Below are positions 59,887 to 64,000 of a stretch of DNA of 64,000 nt, piece by piece. The translations under genes were made by a program, and so were the position numbers. Origin of the DNA: Amoebophrya sp. A120 (Eukaryota > Protista > Dinoflagellata). Each line of letters opens with the position of its first letter. The stretch's first letter is position 1. The stretch lies in NCBI GenBank assembly GCA_905178155.1, contig CAJINV010000020.1, positions 496,001 through 560,000 on the forward strand. The letters run 5' to 3'. The notes beneath the pieces were generated by a model. The model was not told where the DNA came from. It did no database searches and saw only the letters and a program-made list of their open reading frames with translations.

Positions 59887-62800
59887 ATGACTTCTTCCTC
59901 GTTTAGTTGTCTGCCACTGAAGCCCGGCGACCACCTGATCAAAGAGGACCACGGGGGCCGCGTTACGCATGCTCTATTTTGTATGGAAGCGTCAGGTTTG
60001 AAATCGTCAAAGTTGAAACAATTTGTAATGCATGAAATGCATGGCCTTGGCCTTGGCCCGAGGTACGTGTGTTGCAGAGCAGGCAAGTGAGGCCGATTGT
60101 AAGCCTGTTTGGGGTTACAGCTCGAGCTGCTAAAGTAGCATGAGAAAATCACTCTTCTTTACCTAAACAGCATGACAAACTGGATTTAGGGACCACCGAA
60201 ATTTGTCATGCGCCACTTGGAAACTGGGTTCCAACTGGCATCCATTTGATGCATGCCAAATTATTTCAACTTTGTCGATTTCAACTCTGACACATCCATA
60301 TTTTGCGGGCAGGCCAGCTTGCGAGCGGGGGACGGCAGCAGTTACAACTTGCAGCACAACAAGTTCAGAACCACGACTGGTGGTTCTACAGTCGCAACGA
60401 AAGAGGTGGACACAAAGGTTGTAGGTAGTCAGGAAGAACTGGTATGGCATTCGCAAACGTTCCATTCTTGTTCCCATGTGTCAGATTGTTTCTTGTATGG
60501 TCGCTGGGACCACGGAGCTACCGCAATTCGTCCTTTGTTTGCCACTGTTGACTTCCATGCTTTTTCTTCTGGCGTTTGAAACTTGATTGTTGTCGTCACA
60601 AATGATGATGGCAAAGGCAAGAACTAGAACAGTTGCGACGGCCATAACAGGAGGAAGACACTTTTTTGCAGGACTGCTGTCCGGAGCTGGAGCATTTTGT
60701 CGTTTTTTTGAAGCAAGTGGACTCCTCTACTGTGGCCGTGTGGAAGCAGACGCTGAGGGAATGGTGCCAAGACTTTCAATTTGCGGCTGCGTCGCCGATT
60801 TTCATGGGGGGTCAACATGTCAGAACAACCGGCGAGGACCACCCCGAGGTCGTGATGCGGGGGTCGTTATCGGGAGATGAAAGACATTCTATTTCTCCAA
60901 CAGGAGAAATAGCAGTTGCTGATGAAGCAGCAGCAGGCAGCTCTTCTATAATACCGCAAGAAGTTCAAGATGAGCTTGACAAAGAACACCGCAACAGCGA
61001 CGGCTTCGTTCCGACGGACCTCTCTGTGAAAGAAGAGATAAGACATGATATGCAAAACCAAGACCAGCTCTCGGGGGTGAATGATTCTACCGAGTCAAGA
61101 CGTGGTAACGAAAACGAGCAGCCTGCGGAAGTGAATACTAGGGAGCCCCCTTCATCTGGTAGCCTGCAAAACAAAAATCCTCGACCATCACCAGGGAAGA
61201 TTTTTATACCGGAGGAACCAGGAGAAGTAGACCAGGACCGCACAGCACCTCCCGTGGTCACGACCTTTCCCTCTGTTGGCCTAGACGAGAAAGCTGAATC
61301 ATTCGACCCTGAAGTATCAAATGTAAAAATGTCTGCGTCTGGAAGAATGCAACTTGTAATGCTGTCTGCGGATTCTAAAAATATCTGCGTTGCATGAGCA
61401 GCATGAGGAGTGAGTTCTTGGCACGCGGAGAGGGCATTTCTCATGCGTAATTAGCATCAAGAAGCTCTCACGGGTCATGCAAAATGTGCATGACAAGCAC
61501 AAGTCCAAACTCTTCCAGACCCAGACATTTTTGCATTTGATATGAAGAGACGACGAACAACAAGCCGAACGACCTCTCGACCACCCGGCTCGTGAGCGTG
61601 CGGTTCTACCTGAATCGTCCGTTTTCGCGGCGGCGCGCGGTGTACGTGGCCTTGCGCGCGCTGACGGAAACGCCGCGCATCAAGCTGCACGCCAGCCTGG
61701 TGCGCGAGGTGTTGGAGTCCGACGTGTTTCCCTGGCACTGCCTCTTCCAGGACGAGGCCCCCGCCTTTGACCCGGGCGTGGCCCTGTCGCACATGAAGGC
61801 GAAGCGGTACCGGCGACAGCCCTACCAGGAGGGCTTTGTCAGCGAGAACCTGCTGGAGAGTCTGCAGCAGGGCACGGTCCTCATGTCCCACGGGGCCGTG
61901 GTGGTGCGCGGGGCGCGGATCGCGCGCTTGTTGCGGTTCTCGACCGCGGCGGTGGGGAGCTGGGGCCGGCTCGGGGCGCTCATGGGCGCGAAGTTATCCG
62001 AACGTATCTTCACGCAGGACTCGCCGCGGAGCGCCGGGGCCGCCGCCGCGGGAAGCTGGATTGGGTATAAGTACTTACTCTCACAGCTCGTATGGGTGGC
62101 AATTTAAATTCTGCAACACATTGCGGTTCGTCGTCTATCGAACCTTCTATGTACAATTTCAGGATCAGGTCACCTGTACTCGAGGCCGTGTTCTTGTTTT
62201 GTTGATAAGTAGTTTTTGGAAGCCACGTTGTCGTTGAAACACGATTTGACGAAAACGAAAATCGAAACCAATTCTCCAGTTCTGTGGCTGGCGCGAGCCT
62301 TGGCGCGAGCGTTGCCTCCACGACCGGCACAGCGGCCGCCGCGAGCTACAGCGCCACCGCGTCCGCGCACTTTGGGGCCGCGGCGTACACTATCGAATGC
62401 AAATATGTCTGGGTCTGGAAACTTGTGATGCTGAATGGTCGTGATTGACTGCGCCTCAAAGTGCAGTATAGCATGACAAATGTTTCATACGCTTTGTCAT
62501 GCGCAGAACGCATTACAAACTGCGCTTTCATTGCATGACGAAATTCTGGCGCTTTATTTGCTGCTTATGCATTACAGATTTTCATTACGAATGCGAAACA
62601 TCCAATACAGGTTCAACCTTTCCAGACCCAGACACACTTGCATTTGATATACACGCTCGGGGCGGTGGAGGGCGGGTCGATCGCCACCAGCATCTATCAA
62701 ATGCAAATATCCCTGGATCATGTCTGGAAGGATGCAACTTGTCATGCTGTCCTTGGATTCGAAAAAAATCTGTATTGCGTAAGCACCAAAGAGGCATCTA

Positions 62801-63433
62801 CTTCATGAGGCCCTGCCTCAGAAAATCTGTGATGCTACCGCATACATCACAGACGTCATGGGTCATACAAAAGCTGCATGACAAGTCTTCCCATCTTCCA
62901 GACCTCCAGACACATTTGCATTTGATAGCATCCTTGCCGCCACGTCGCTGGGGGCGGCCGGGGCCGTGGTTGGCGCGGGTATCCTCTGCAAAAGTAGCGT
63001 ATTCGTATTGCAATCATGCATTACAAATCTTTTTGTTAAGTCAAATCCGCATTACAAATTTTCTTTCTCATGCGGAGGGAATTTGTAATGCATTTATACG
63101 AGTACGATACTTTTGCAGTGTATAGCGGGCGCGGCGCTGCTGATCAAGAACCACCTGCTCGCGCACGAGGCCGGTAAAGCAGACCGGACGAGCCAGTACT
63201 TGGAATCCGCTCTACACCTGTTCGAGGACTCCCAGGATCCGTTTGGGCACCTGGACGTCATCCTGGGCTTCGACGATGTGGAAGAAAATCGTCAAGCCGC
63301 GCCGAACACCAGTACAACTAGCGAAACTTCCGCTCCTCCGCAAGTGGCGCTGGGCTGGTACGCGATACCCATTTCGCCCGCGGAAGCTGAACGGAGCCAC
63401 AACACAGGGGCAGCTGCACAACCTGGTGGTTGA
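59887..63433 (+). CDS. LRAT/NlpC-P60-like domain protein (~630 aa) with Gly/Ala-rich hydrophobic region
   Basis: Exons 59887-59981, 60306-60441, 60672-61314, 61548-62064, 62280-62390, 62655-62694, 62933-62979, 63130-63433 sum to 1893 nt. LKPGDHL...THALFCG resembles the LRAT N-terminus; glycine-zipper-like GAAGAVVGAG. Start uncertain. Confidence 0.72.
59982..60300. mobile_element. Introner family D
   Basis: TSD ttttg. Confidence 0.92.
60442..60671 (+). other. Canonical GT-AG intron
   Basis: CTG|gtatgg...ttttttgcag|GAC. Confidence 0.7.
61315..61542. mobile_element. Introner family A
   Basis: TSD tgaag. Confidence 0.92.
62065..62279 (+). other. Canonical GT-AG intron
   Basis: GG|gtataag...ttctccag|T. 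Confidence 0.7.
62391..62649. mobile_element. Introner family A
   Basis: TSD tacac. Confidence 0.92.
62695..62927. mobile_element. Introner family A
   Basis: TSD gcatc. Confidence 0.92.
62980..63124. mobile_element. Introner family C (145 bp, shortest in window)
   Basis: TSD gcggg. Confidence 0.92.
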
Positions 63434-64000
63434 GCTGCAAGTTATTGGACGTCGTTCTCTCTGTCGATAGAAATAATAGAATGGAGTTGTATAAAAATGC
63501 AAATGGCTCGCATGATCATCGATGTACATCTGTGTCGAAAGAAGAGGCACGACTAGGTTTTCTTGTGACCACCTCGAGTCGACTTTTTCTTGATTAAGCA
63601 GTGCACAGTGAGCACGACAGACATTCCTGCCAGTCAATCGCTTATCGTCCATCCAATGTTGCGTCGTCAACGTATCGTACATGGTATTTTTTGTTGCAGA
63701 AACCATAAAGAACATGCACATGGCTTCAAGTATGCAATTCGTTCGTAGGAGTAGGGCAAATATTTGCAGCGTCGCGATGAATCGTATATATTCGTTTCCG
63801 TTCGTGATAGTGATTGACGTTGACAGTGAGCTGCCTGCGTGCCCAAGGAAGATACTCATACGGATGTGTTCCACAACTATTGCAATCCTAAGAAAGTATT
63901 TTGTATTCCACATTTATCCATACCACAGGATCTTTTGAATTTCTTACACTTGGGCTTTGTACAAGTAGTTCAGGATTTGTACTCTTCTAGGTTTCACCTC

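Noticed and set aside
421-62927. Recurring ~30-bp repeats separated by unique short segments, resembling a CRISPR array
   Set aside because: The repeats are inverted pairs, spacing is irregular, the unique parts are in-frame exons, and there are no cas genes.
197-63125. Many short ORFs sharing peptides such as CKNVWVWK, MSGSGRLQLVML, FQTQTFLHLI
   Set aside because: They are translations of introner TIRs in different frames, not a protein family.

Overview
Eukaryotic genomic DNA. The intron architecture matches what I recall being described for the parasitic dinoflagellate Amoebophrya (A120-like); this is inferred, not confirmed. Six multi-exon genes can be rebuilt by hand, all on the + strand: a Ser/Thr kinase, a hypothetical membrane protein, a ~2160-aa PAN/Apple-repeat protein, a mitochondrial-type AP2 protein, a CaaX-bearing guanylate-binding protein and an LRAT-like protein. 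There are also two weaker single ORFs. The genes are interrupted by 52 non-canonical 'introner' elements in 8 sequence families. They have TA(T)...(A)TA terminal inverted repeats and 5-bp target-site duplications (TSD), and lack GT-AG consensus ends. Removing each element plus one TSD copy restores the frame in every case. Five ordinary GT-AG introns coexist with them. Several introners carry nested mobile DNA, including a 13.5-kb APE-RT-RNaseH LINE that is itself split by a 2.5-kb TIR element. The strongest unexplained signals are: every TSD mismatch is synonymous or conservative; a shared TTTGTvATGC motif sits at two offsets about one helical turn apart in otherwise unrelated families; and removal appears independent of orientation and length. 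Most short ORFs in the ORF track are artefacts of these repeats.
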